Positions 24,590-34,920 of a DNA stretch of 64,000 bases are shown one piece after another (positions within the stretch are counted from its first letter, which is position 1; each line of letters starts with the position of its first letter). The DNA lies in assembly GCF_009834535.1 (NCBI RefSeq), contig NC_045697.1:112222001-112286000 (forward strand), in the 5' to 3' direction. The position numbers were made by a program, and so were the translations under genes. Under the pieces are notes generated by a model. That model was not told where the DNA came from. It was given only the letters and a program-made list of their open reading frames with translations, and searched no databases. This DNA comes from Camelus ferus. Lineage: Eukaryota.

Positions 24590-25170
24590 AATGATTATTG
24601 GTGTTAAAATTCAGAACAAAATATCAGGAAAATTAACATATATGGATATATTAAAACAATAACAGTATGATGGGAGGGTATAGTCTAGTGGCAGAGTGCA
24701 CGCCTAGCATGCACAAGATCCTGGGTTCAATTCCCAGTACCTCTGTTTAAAACACACACACACACACACACAGAAAATAATAACAGTATGAAAAAATGGG
24801 GTTATTTCTAGGCATATCATGAAAGTTTATTTTTGAATACCTATTAATGTAATTCATCCAATTAATATTTCAAGGATAAAATTTACCAGAAATTTTCAAT
24901 AGATACTCAAGTCATCTTTTGCTGTGAATACATTTCTGATTAAAAACCATTAGTAAAACCCTACAAGGACATGTTTTAGCCTGTATGAATACACATCTAA
25001 CCTGTTACAATTTTGGAATGCCTTTTGTGAAAGACTAGGAATGATACGTGAATCTCCACTCTCACCATTATTATTTAGTATTTTCCTGTGAGTGGTGGTC
25101 AAAAACTAAGCAAATGTAATAAGCAGAAATTTTGACAGTAGGCAAATCGATTATTTTTGGAAACCTGACT
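24590..25170 (+). mobile_element. Highly degenerate old L1 ORF2 (RT region), interrupted by a SINE
   Basis: Remnants such as CCACTCTCACCATTATTATTTAGTATT and ATTAATGTAATTCATCCAATTAA. Confidence 0.5.
24671..24778 (+). mobile_element. vic-1-like SINE with (CA)n tail
   Basis: GGGAGGGTATAGTCTAGTGGCAGAGTGCACGCCTAGCATGCACAAGATCCTGGGTTCAATTCCCAGTACCTC. Perfect 13-bp TSD AATAACAGTATGA at 24658-24670 and 24779-24791. Confidence 0.92.
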
Positions 25171-26435
25171 ATCCAGTGTAGGGTAGCGGCTCCTGTGAAA
25201 ACTCTCCCTTCCCGTGGTGCTTGGGCCTCTGAACAGATGTCATTCTGCGACAAGATTATCTTCTTTTGGTAACTAGACTGCACCTAAACATACTGAAGCA
25301 CTGTAGGTCTTGTGTTATGACATAATGATGCAACTTTGCTATAGCAAGTGATTCGAATTTAGATACAAATGTTATGCAGTCTGTAGTTGGTGATGATACA
25401 AATGATGAACTAAGCTGCTTTAGAACACTCAGAAATAAGAAAATCATCCTAGTTTTTATTGCAGACATAAAGCACATGTAAATTTAAATAAACATGCAAA
25501 AAGGTTTATGATGTAAAAAGATACACTAAAAAGCATACTAAAATGTGTACGCTCTGACTGAGGTTCTGTAGATAACCAGCAAGCATTACGCAAAAATGTA
25601 AGTGTACTGTTACCCTGATAAGATTCTGGTTGATTTTTTTTTTCCTTTAAAAGATGTGTTTAATATTGTTAAATCATCTTTTTAGTAAACTGTTTCCCCC
25701 AAATCATAGTACCTGTTACATGACTTTGCAGAAGGTTAATATGAGACAAGTCCCTGCTTCCTGTGAATTTGAACACATGCAATGTAAGGAAAAGAATCAG
25801 ACAATTTTAACCTTCATTTATGTTACTATTTGATGGTCTAAAAGATTATGTTTACATGCACTATTCAGTTATGTTATAACTGTAGTCTTTTATGTACTGG
25901 CCTTTCAGCTGAAGTGTAAGCTTTAAATGGGCCAGGATTATATAACACAGAGCCCACCACAAACCCTGGCCAAAATTAGTGATCAGATACGGATTCATTG
26001 GACTGTTCGTTGGAGTTGAGAGCCCCTATGATGTTTGCAGAGAAGGATTATTCTTGTGAATTCACATATTTTTATGAATGAGAATCTTGTCTGGAAAGGT
26101 TCATGATCGTGCCCTAATAAGTGTTGGCAGAAAGCATCCTTTTGTATTAGGACCTGTTCTTGTGCTCACTGGGTTGTACCTCACTGATAACACTGGATGG
26201 TCGCCACATTCTCTGCTCAGCAGGAGAATCAGAGAGGTGGTATGTGCCGTAGGCCCAGGGTGTGTATATGTGTATGCGGAAAGACACACACACATGCCTC
26301 TTGATAATAATATACTTGCTAGAGTAAAAGATACGGGGCAGTTACATTGAATGCCAGTTTTGTTTATAGCTCAGTGGCTGGTTTGAAGCAATCACTTTAA
26401 CTCTTTTACTTCTTCAGTAGCCCTGACTCTGCTTT

Positions 26436-26993
26436 TGTTACTGATGGCCAGTTTGCATGCCTGACACACAGTGAGGCCAAACAAACCAAAACGCTGGAGT
26501 ATGGAGCAGAGAAAGGTTTATTGCAGGACCAAACAAGGAGAATGCGTAGCCCATGCTCAAAAGACCTGAACTCCCTGATGGTTTCGGGGAGGTTTTTATG
26601 GGCAAAATTTGGGGTGACGGCTGCAGGGTGTGTGGCTTTCTTCTGATTGCTGGTGGTGAGGTCACGGCAGTGCTCCAGGAATCTTGTGCTCAGCCTGAAA
26701 TCACCATCCTCCACCTGGGTGGGGGCCTTGGTTCCTGCAGAACTCAAAGATATTGTTAAGCATATTCCTTCAGAAGGAACCAGGACCCTGCCCCAAAGCA
26801 CTATTGTTTCTTGACCGTTCCTCCTTTGTTTTGGCATGCCCTCCCTTCCTTGATGAGCAACTGTTTGAATCTGCCCTTTAGATCTCAGGGAAGGTCAAAG
26901 GGGCTGAATGAAGCCTGTTTCCTACAAACAGAAATGGGGGACACAGAAAGTATTTGCACCTGGGAGGGCCCTGCAGGGTCCTGCTCCATTTCA
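26436..26993 (-). mobile_element. ERV1-class solo LTR
   Basis: TG...CA termini, 4-bp TSD CTTT (26432-26435 / 26994-26997), minus-strand AATAAA near 26518. Confidence 0.88.
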
Positions 26994-27363
26994 CTTTTGT
27001 TCTTTCTTTCTCAAGTTTCATGCCCCGGGGTCCGACTTTGCCGGCTTCTCCACCATTGAGGTCCCATGAACCTCTTTTAGCCACTGGCATTATCCACTTA
27101 CCCACCACCTGCTCTTACATTGCCGGCTACACAAGGTTCGCCAGTGTTTGTTTTAGGAACCTGGAATCCTCTTTCAAAGATAAGAAGTTGTTTCTGTTTG
27201 CTTTAGACTGTTTGTCAAATATTCAATATTCATGTTTTTCTCACTTCTCAGGGGAAAGAAAACTGACCTGTCTTACATATACCTGGTTTGTGCCCTCATT
27301 TCTTCTCAGATTCTATCTATATTTAGTAAATTTTTTATTTTACATTATCTGGAAATATTTTCT

Positions 27364-27876
27364 TGTTGCCAGAGAACAACTCATCTCACGCAGGAAAGAA
27401 TTCAACTGCAAGGCACAGTAAGGTGGAAGTAAGTTTAGTCAGGGACATACACGCGCCATAGACAGAATGTGGGCCATCTCAAAAGGCGACAGAGAGACTG
27501 AGAGGTGTGAGGTGTTTAGTAAAGTCAAAGTAGGTCCACGCTCCCTAGAGTGCAGGTGGTCTCAGAATTCCAGAGAGAGTGACCACAAGGCATGGGGTTG
27601 TTAGTTTCTGTGGGCTGAGTAATTTCATATGCTAATGAGTAGGAGGATTATCCCAACTATTTGGGGGAAGGCGTGGGGATTTCCAGGAATTGGACCCCAC
27701 ACCCTTTTGACCTTTTATGGTCAGCCTAGGCGCTGTCATGGTGCTGTGGGTGTGGCATGAAGCTCAAGGGCTTCTGGAAGTTGAATCTTCAGCCATCTTG
27801 GTTCTAACCAGTGTGTCCTGTCCTCATGGCTGTGTCATTCCTTTGGTGGTGCCCTGCCCCCTTCCTTCCTGTGTCA
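27364..27876 (-). mobile_element. MER41-like ERV1 solo LTR
   Basis: TG...CA termini flanked by TTTTCT on both sides. Core ATATGCTAA...GGATTAT...GGGGATTTCCAGGAATTGG...CTGTCATGG...GCCATCTTGG is homologous to MER41. Confidence 0.8.
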
Positions 27877-30084
27877 TTTTCTCATACAGTTTATTGGTTA
27901 TGTAAAAGTTTGCCACATGTAAGTTTGAAACAGAATGGAACACATGCATGTCTTGAGTATACTAAATTGTCTTCGTGTGGGATTTACTATTAATGAGTCT
28001 TCCACCTCCTGGAGCACGGAATTGTGAGGGACTATGGTGATGTCTGCAGCAAGAGTCTCTGTACCCTCATCTATGATGTTTCTGTTGTTGTGAAGAATGA
28101 CTCTAGCAATTATATTTTACAGAAACACATGCTTCCAGAAAAACAATTGGAGGAAAAAATGAGGCAGTCTGGTAGGATTGTAAGTAAAAGAAAAGAAAAT
28201 ATCAAAATGAGAATTGGAACAGAAGGGACGCCTATTTGTAGGTGATATCATTCTAGTTTATGTCCCTCTTGCTCACTAAACTGTGTTAAATTTTATTACA
28301 CAGACTCCCTGCCCTTTTATATCTCTGATAGTATCTGCACCTGTCTTAAGCGACTAGCCTTTGATAACTCAGAAATAACTATTTGAATTATATGTAGTGA
28401 CAGAAGCATACCATCTGAACGTCAGCTGTATTGGCTATTACTTTGTGTTGCAAAAGAACATCCCTGGCTTCCTCTGGGTAGTAACATGTGCCTGTTTTCC
28501 AATCCAGGTAGTCTTAGGTGTCTGTGTGTCTGTACACTTTGGTACAGCCCACTGGTGGAGGCACAGCTTCCTGTGTCTCCCGTGTGGCTTTGACCATCAT
28601 CCACATAAATCATATGCCCCCTAGACTCATGTTCCCCTGACATTTGCACTAACCAAAATAATTGTTTTTCATGTAAATCCTTCTGATGCAGAATACACCA
28701 CTGTTTTCCTCCAGTAGTTCAGAAAATAAAGATTTGGTTGTTTTAAAACAAAATAGAATTGTTCACACGTGTTTGAAGGATTACCTGTTTTAAAGTATGT
28801 GTATCTGTGTATTACACACGTAACTGTCCATAAACTTTAGATATTATTCATTGTTCCTTAGAAGTAAGTTGTTTATTTGTTCATCTGCTTTGTCTTTTAC
28901 TTCTCCACCTGAGGCATACTTAAATTTAAACTTCATATTTGGTGATAAAATCCTCTGATGCTTACTGAGGGGGAAAACATGAAGAGCCAACCTTAGAATT
29001 CTACAAATGCTTAATGTACCCGTGAATTGTACTGTGCCCCAGACACCCTGGATTTATGTTAACACTTTTGGGCCAACTAGGTAAAGATACATGGTTAGAA
29101 TTGTTGATGTTCATTTTTGTAAGTGAAACTGGACTACATGTGCTATGGTCATTACAGTACAGTGTTACATATGTGATTTCAGAATCCATTCCAAAAATTC
29201 TTATCATCAAAGGCAAAGGTCTGCTTCAGTAAGTTGCCTTTTGAAATTGTACGTGTTTCAAAGAAAACCTCAGAAATGCATGACACGAGTTAGTGTTTGA
29301 TTAGTAAATTCTCATGGTGAAGGGTTCATTCTAGTATATTCACCTCTTCCCACCCAAACCAGCTTCCTGTAGTTGTAGTGAAATACAGGCAGAGCTCTCA
29401 GTGGCATGAATGTCTACAAAAATTAGAGAACAGTGTACAAATATTGAATCATCATGTTGTACATGTTGTGCACTTGAAACTAACATTATGTTCTACGTCA
29501 GTTGTATCTTAGTAGAAACAAGAGAGTGATCACAGGGCCAGAGCTCATGAGAGGGAGGAAAACTGAGTCTGTTTTCAGACAAGCAGGAGTTGCAGTAAAT
29601 ACTGCAGGTACTTTATAGCATCCCTCCTGGAGGGACACAGATCTGCTTATGGGTTTATATTGTACTGACCCATGTAAGAGCAAACTGGGAGGAATGAATG
29701 GAGGATGGTGGCTGATGAAGAATTTAACTTGATTGGAACTTTTAACTGTAAATGAAGAGAAGAAGAAGTCTCGTAATGGATACCGGAGGTTTGGAAAGTA
29801 TAGGGAAATAGCTATTTTGAAAAACAAGTGTGGAACACTGTAGGAAAGAGAAGAGAATTAGCCAATAAAATGTCAGAGGAGAAAGAGGGTATAGTCAGGC
29901 CTGAGATGCCTGAGCCGTGTTTAGCCAAGTGTCCTTTATGTGAATGAACGATCATTAGGACCAGCACCATTGCCTGTCATTTGCTTAAGTTAACTAGTTT
30001 GTCAACAACTCATATATATGTTTACTACCAGTTGTTGGTTCAGGTATTCGTCACTATTTCTGTTTCTGTAAAATTTAGAGCTAG

Positions 30085-30085
<1 letters not shown>

Positions 30086-30136
<51 letters not shown>

Positions 30137-30148
30137 TTTTTTTTTTTT
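30086..30148. repeat. (ATT)17 followed by a T-run
   Basis: Read directly from the sequence. Confidence 0.95.
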
Positions 30149-30420
30149 GCTATCATTATAAAAGAGTATGTGAAAATGATCATTACAATTGAAATTCTGG
30201 TGCCCATAGCAGGCAGGACAGAGCCGAGGGCCATTTTCTTTGACATTTCTCAAAGCACATCCACAGAGAAACTTCTAGAAGGGCTATCAAATGCACTCTT
30301 TGGGTGGAGCTGAGAAATCTTATATTGAATCAACTCTCTGGGGGATGCTTACCTAATGAGCCACAGCTTTATAGGACAGTGTTAGAATACAGCCTGTTCC
30401 TGTCTGAGTAGAACACACAC

Positions 30421-30913
30421 TGTGACCATACGGTTAGCACAGAGTAGGTTCTTGCCTTGTGCAGGGAAGAATTCAAGACGGAGCCATAGCAAAGTGAAAG
30501 CAAGTTTATTTAGAGAGATGCACATTCCGTGGGCAGAATTCAGTCCGTCTCAGAAGGGAGAGTGGCCCTGGGGTGTAGGGATGGTTAGTTTTTATGGGGC
30601 TGGATAATTTCATATGCTAACAATTGGGAAGATTATGCCCATTGTTTTGGGGAAGGGGCAGGGCTTTCCCAGATTTGGACCCCTCCCACTTTTTGACCTT
30701 TTATGTCAACCTGAGAACTGTCCTGGTGCCTGTGGGTGTGTCAGTTAGCGTTGTAATGTGTTACAGTGAGCCTATAATGAGGCTCAGGGTGTACTGGAAG
30801 TTGCATCTGCCGCCATCTTGGGACCTAGTAGGTTCTAACCTGTTTTTGTTGTATCCTCAGTGGCTGTGTCATTCTTTTAAAGGTGGTACCCTGCCCCCTT
30901 CCCTCCTCCTCCA
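30421..30913 (-). mobile_element. MER41-like ERV1 solo LTR (related to 27364-27876; left boundary approximate)
   Basis: Shares AAGAATTCAA, AATTTCATATGCTAA, TTTTGACCTTTTATG, GCCATCTTGG, GGCTGTGTCATTC and CCCTGCCCC with the 27364 LTR; minus-strand AATAAA near 30505. Confidence 0.8.
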
Positions 30914-31454
30914 ATACCCCAGGCATTCTATTTTGTCCTATTTTTCTTTCAAGCCTTCTCCCTGAAACCATTTTAAAGTGAGAAATAATAGAGACGGATA
31001 GATCTGCGAATACCAGAAATGTTTTTACAGATTCTCTAGAGACTAATAATGCCCATTCTCACTCAGCAGGGGGCCAGACGTATGAGAAGTCATTCTGCCC
31101 CCGGAAGTACCTCAAGTGGCCACCTGCCGTCTTAAACAAAGTGCAAAACTTGGGAAAAAACAGATTGTTTTCCCCATCAGATAAAGCGGGTGGCTTTTAT
31201 CTTGTAAGGTAAAGCCAGTGGGAGGAGAGCCAGGGGCTCTGCGGGATCTCGAAGTCTCCATTGTGATGCTCCCGTGAATGACTACCTGGGACCATTAATG
31301 GGTTGGGCTGGGGCAGACGTTGCTGCCATAGGGACCTGGTAACTGCCCGGCATGCTGGTGTGGCTGGTCCTGGGGGCCCTGCTTACACTGGGTGCTAAAA
31401 TATAATACTTTCTGCAATAATGCCACGTTTAATTTAAAAAAAAATCTATGTCCA

Positions 31455-31640
31455 TGGTGCTCAATTTTGGTGTGAATCATAAGCACCTGGAGAACTGCTC
31501 AAGCTCCAGATCTCTGGGCTCCCCTCCCAGGGATTCTGACATTTGGAGTGAGAACCTCCACCATCTGACATTTTCCCAGCAGCCTGTGTCTCCCAGGAAG
31601 ATGGACTTACAGGTGGTAGCTACAATGTAAGCGCTTGGCG
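31455..31640. mobile_element. MER5A-like hAT-Charlie fragment
   Basis: GTGCTCAATTTTGG...AGCACCTGGAGAACT...CTGGGCTCCCCTCCCAGGGATTCTGA. Confidence 0.55.
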
Positions 31641-33783
31641 TAGCATCATTTATACTTGTGCAACTATTTTTTTTAAAAAAATAGACATTGTTACAGCAAA
31701 AAACTCACTGTAAGAAGAAAGATGAAGCTCTAGAGGGTGCCTTATTTATTTCAAGTGCTGGCTAGTACGTTGAAATTGCAGCATAAATAATTTGAATTTT
31801 CTGTTGTGAGTGCAGTTGGCTAAACTGTACATTCACTGTGCGTGGAATCCGAACTGCGGGCTTCCGTGATTTACTCACAGTGCACCAGGAGTAAGGACTT
31901 TGATGAGTCTAACGGGGCATCGTACCCTTTAGAAAATGTTTCTTCTCTACAGAAGCAGCGGCTAGGGGACCTGCCTTGGTGTGTAGCAGAAAGAGTAGCT
32001 TGATTGAAGGGTTTTGCTTCAGACCTGCTGAAGTTCGATTAGAGCTTTTAAATGCATCCGGCAAGATTTAAACAGTCAGCAAATGAGGGAAAGAGTGAAT
32101 TCCTCCCGAGACGTCACTTCTTGAGTAGAGCACTGACTCTGAGAAGTGAGCACACACACCGACACACATCGCTGGAGTTAACAGAATGCTTAAAGGCGGG
32201 ATGCAGATGACCCTGTCTTCCAAATGTTCTGCAGCAGTGGGTGCAAAGGAATGAAATTGTCTTCCTTTTAAATATACCTACTGCTCTCACAGTGTTCACT
32301 CTGAATCCCCAGAAGAAAACAAAAACCTTTGTTATTTAAGGTCAGCTTTTGTAGAGTAGTTAAACTCCTTTCTTAAATGGATTGCGATACCAGCAGACAC
32401 GAACATATTTTCCTCCAAATATTTTAAAGAAAAATGCTCTTGCTATAAAAGTACATGGAAAAAGATTAAATGACATTTGGAGCTTCTTTTTACATTTCTG
32501 TTTTTTTTTAAGGTCCAGTTGCTGAATGTCCAATAGTATCAATACTTAGAAAAAGCCAGTTCTTAAAACAACAAATATTACTAAGTATTTTCTATTTCGT
32601 AATCTATGCTGAACTTGGTTTACTAGCTAGATTTAATTTTCTCAGGATGATAATAATAATATTAATCTAATTACAACGTGCTTTAAAACCAGATGATTGT
32701 GTTTACTGACTACCTTCCTTGACGATATCTGCTGAAATGACAAACTGCTTAAATTAGCCAGGTCTTCCAATCCTCATTCAGCAGGAGTCCTTTCCACGGA
32801 CACTTCCTTTGCACTCTTTTTATGTCCCCAAAGCAAAAATCATGTTGAAAATGTCGTTTATTTTTGTCCCATTAATTTCAATATTCTGTTTAGTACGTCT
32901 CATTTTGAGATTCTTGCTGCTCTGTTTCTGATCTCAGTTTTTTCTTAAACCAAGCTGAGGTTTATTTTGTCTTCTAATTCTTTCTCTAGTGCAAAGGAGT
33001 ACACGTATGTCGTGTTACTTGTCCAGTGACTTTCTCAGCCCCTACGCCTCTCAGTCCCTTTGGCTATCTCGAGGCTATATCCACTTAGGACCTCTGCCCA
33101 TTTGTAGTCATGCCAGGAGCTCCTGGCACCCATCGAAGCCTCCCCTCCCCCCGGACTCCCAGTCCCAGGAGCAGATGTTCCCCAGCACAGGATGCTCCAC
33201 AGTCTGTTCTGAGTCATATCTTGGGCTCTAGTTATAAGCTGTGGACTGACTATTGTCATCTCAGTGTTGTGGTGGGGAGGTTTTTGTGCCTTCCTGGGGA
33301 GTGAGTCCTATTCTATTTATTAGGAAAATACAGCCAGTGTATCATTTCTGCAGTCTTTCCCTCTCTGTCTTGTGAGTCTCACCTTGCCCCCTGTCCCCTG
33401 AGCACTGGGAATTTACAGAATCTGCGGGAGAACCTGAAACTCTTCCTGAGGCCATAAGCCCTTTCAGAAAAGGGATGTTGCCTCTTCCTTCTGAGATTTG
33501 GGGGAAAAAATTGTTTCTCAAATACCTTTTTTGTACAAACTTAATACATAGCCGGAGGTCTTATTTTGTCAATTTTGGGGAGGACAGAAAAACATTGAGT
33601 CCAGTCGTTATAATCACAAGATATTTACCAACTGACCCTCAATACTTATGATAAAATCATAACTCAACATTCATTTTTACAATGTCTCTTTCACTACAAA
33701 ATTCAGACTTTCTCCCATATTGAAAATGAATTGACCTAGAATCAGAATTATTTTCTTAAGTGTATTTTATTCCATTATCATTT

Positions 33784-33930
33784 GCAATTTCTTTTTTCTT
33801 TTTTAGTTTTTTTTGGGAGGATTTAATTAGGTTTACTTACTTATTTATTTTTAGAGGAAGTGCTAGGGATTGAACCCAGGACCTGTTGCATACTAAGCAT
33901 GCACTCTACCACTTGAGCTATATCCTCCCC
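33784..33930 (-). mobile_element. vic-1-like SINE
   Basis: Reverse of GGGGAGGATATAGCTCAAGTGGTAGAGTGCATGCTTAG...GTCCTGGGTTCAATCCCTAG. TSD TCCATT(A/G)TCATTT at 33771-33783 and 33931-33943. Confidence 0.9.
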
Positions 33931-33979
33931 TCCATTGTCATTTTTTTTAAATTGACATTTCTTATGCATCTTACATGGG

Positions 33980-34478
33980 TGTGGCCATGGAATAATGGCT
34001 CCCTGCCCCCAAATCTCCATTTCCTAATTCCTGGAGCCTGTGAGTGTTACTTTATCTGGCAAGAGAAAGGTTGTGGATGTGAGTAAACTAAGGATCTCGA
34101 GGAGGAGATACTACCCTGGACTATATAGGTCAGCCAAATGTAATCGCAACAGTCTTATGAGAGGGAGATGGAGGAATCAGAGACAGAGTTGTGATGACTG
34201 ACAAGCAGAGAATGGAGCGAGGTGCTCGGAAGATGCAAGAAGAGGCAGCAAGTCAAGGAATAGAGGCGGCCCCTCAAAGCTGAAAAAACAAGGAAACGGA
34301 TTCTGTCCTCAGAATCTCCAGAATGAGCCAGCCCCGCCTCTATAACCCCTCAGCTATAGCCCCTGGGGAAACTGAGTTTGGATTTCCCACCTCCACGACT
34401 GTAAGATAATAAATTTGGGTTATTTTGGGCTGCTAAATTTGTGGTAAGTATTTGGAGCAGCATTAGGGAACTAACACA
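33980..34478 (+). mobile_element. MLT1 (MaLR) LTR, MLT1C/D-like
   Basis: GAATAATGGCTCCC...CCTAATTCCTGGAGCCTGTGAGTGTTAC...GACTGTAAGATAATAAATTT...GCAGCATTAGGGAACTAACACA. Confidence 0.85.
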
Positions 34479-34764
34479 GTCGGCTTAAGTATGTAGGAGG
34501 GTATGAGATTTGCCTCTCTCTGATGATGAGAGACAATATCTTATTGTACTTGGGTTTTATATGAAACTAGATTGACTCACGTGACTTTTAAACACAGCCT
34601 CTTTGCACATGGGAGGCGGTTTGGATATTTAAAGTCTCAGGGTAATACAATAGTAACTTTTTCTTTTCTAGGATTATTGAAAATGTGTGTATATATGTTT
34701 GCTTAAATATGTGTGTGCTTGTCATGGAACATTAATAGATTTTAAATGCATTACAAAGATGATA

Positions 34765-34920
34765 ATTTAATCCTCACAGCTCTGTGAAATAGGTGCTGTC
34801 ATCCCAATTTTATAATAAAGAAACCAAGGGTTAGTTGACCCAAGTGGTAGACTTGAAATCCCAGCTATGATGTTTCTGGTATTTCAAAATCCAAATATTT
34901 ATTTTACCACCATGTTACCT
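34765..34920 (-). mobile_element. MIR fragment
   Basis: ATTTAATCCTCACAGCTCTGTGAAATAGGTGCTGTCATCCCAATTTTATA. Confidence 0.65.

Noticed and set aside
24671..24745. tRNA-Ala(AGC)-like sequences here and at ~17440, ~33855 and ~43502
   Set aside because: A-rich tails, TSDs and stem-disrupting mutations identify them as SINEs, not tRNA genes.
26406..27421. ORFs of 143 and 155 aa
   Set aside because: They lie in or straddle solo LTRs; no gag/pol/env or cellular homology recognised.
29981..30313. Poly-Ile / poly-Asn ORFs
   Set aside because: Translation of the (ATT)n microsatellite.
31953..32060. Possible internal exon after the acceptor TTTCTTCTCTACAG
   Set aside because: No convincing GT donor nearby; unsupported without transcript data.
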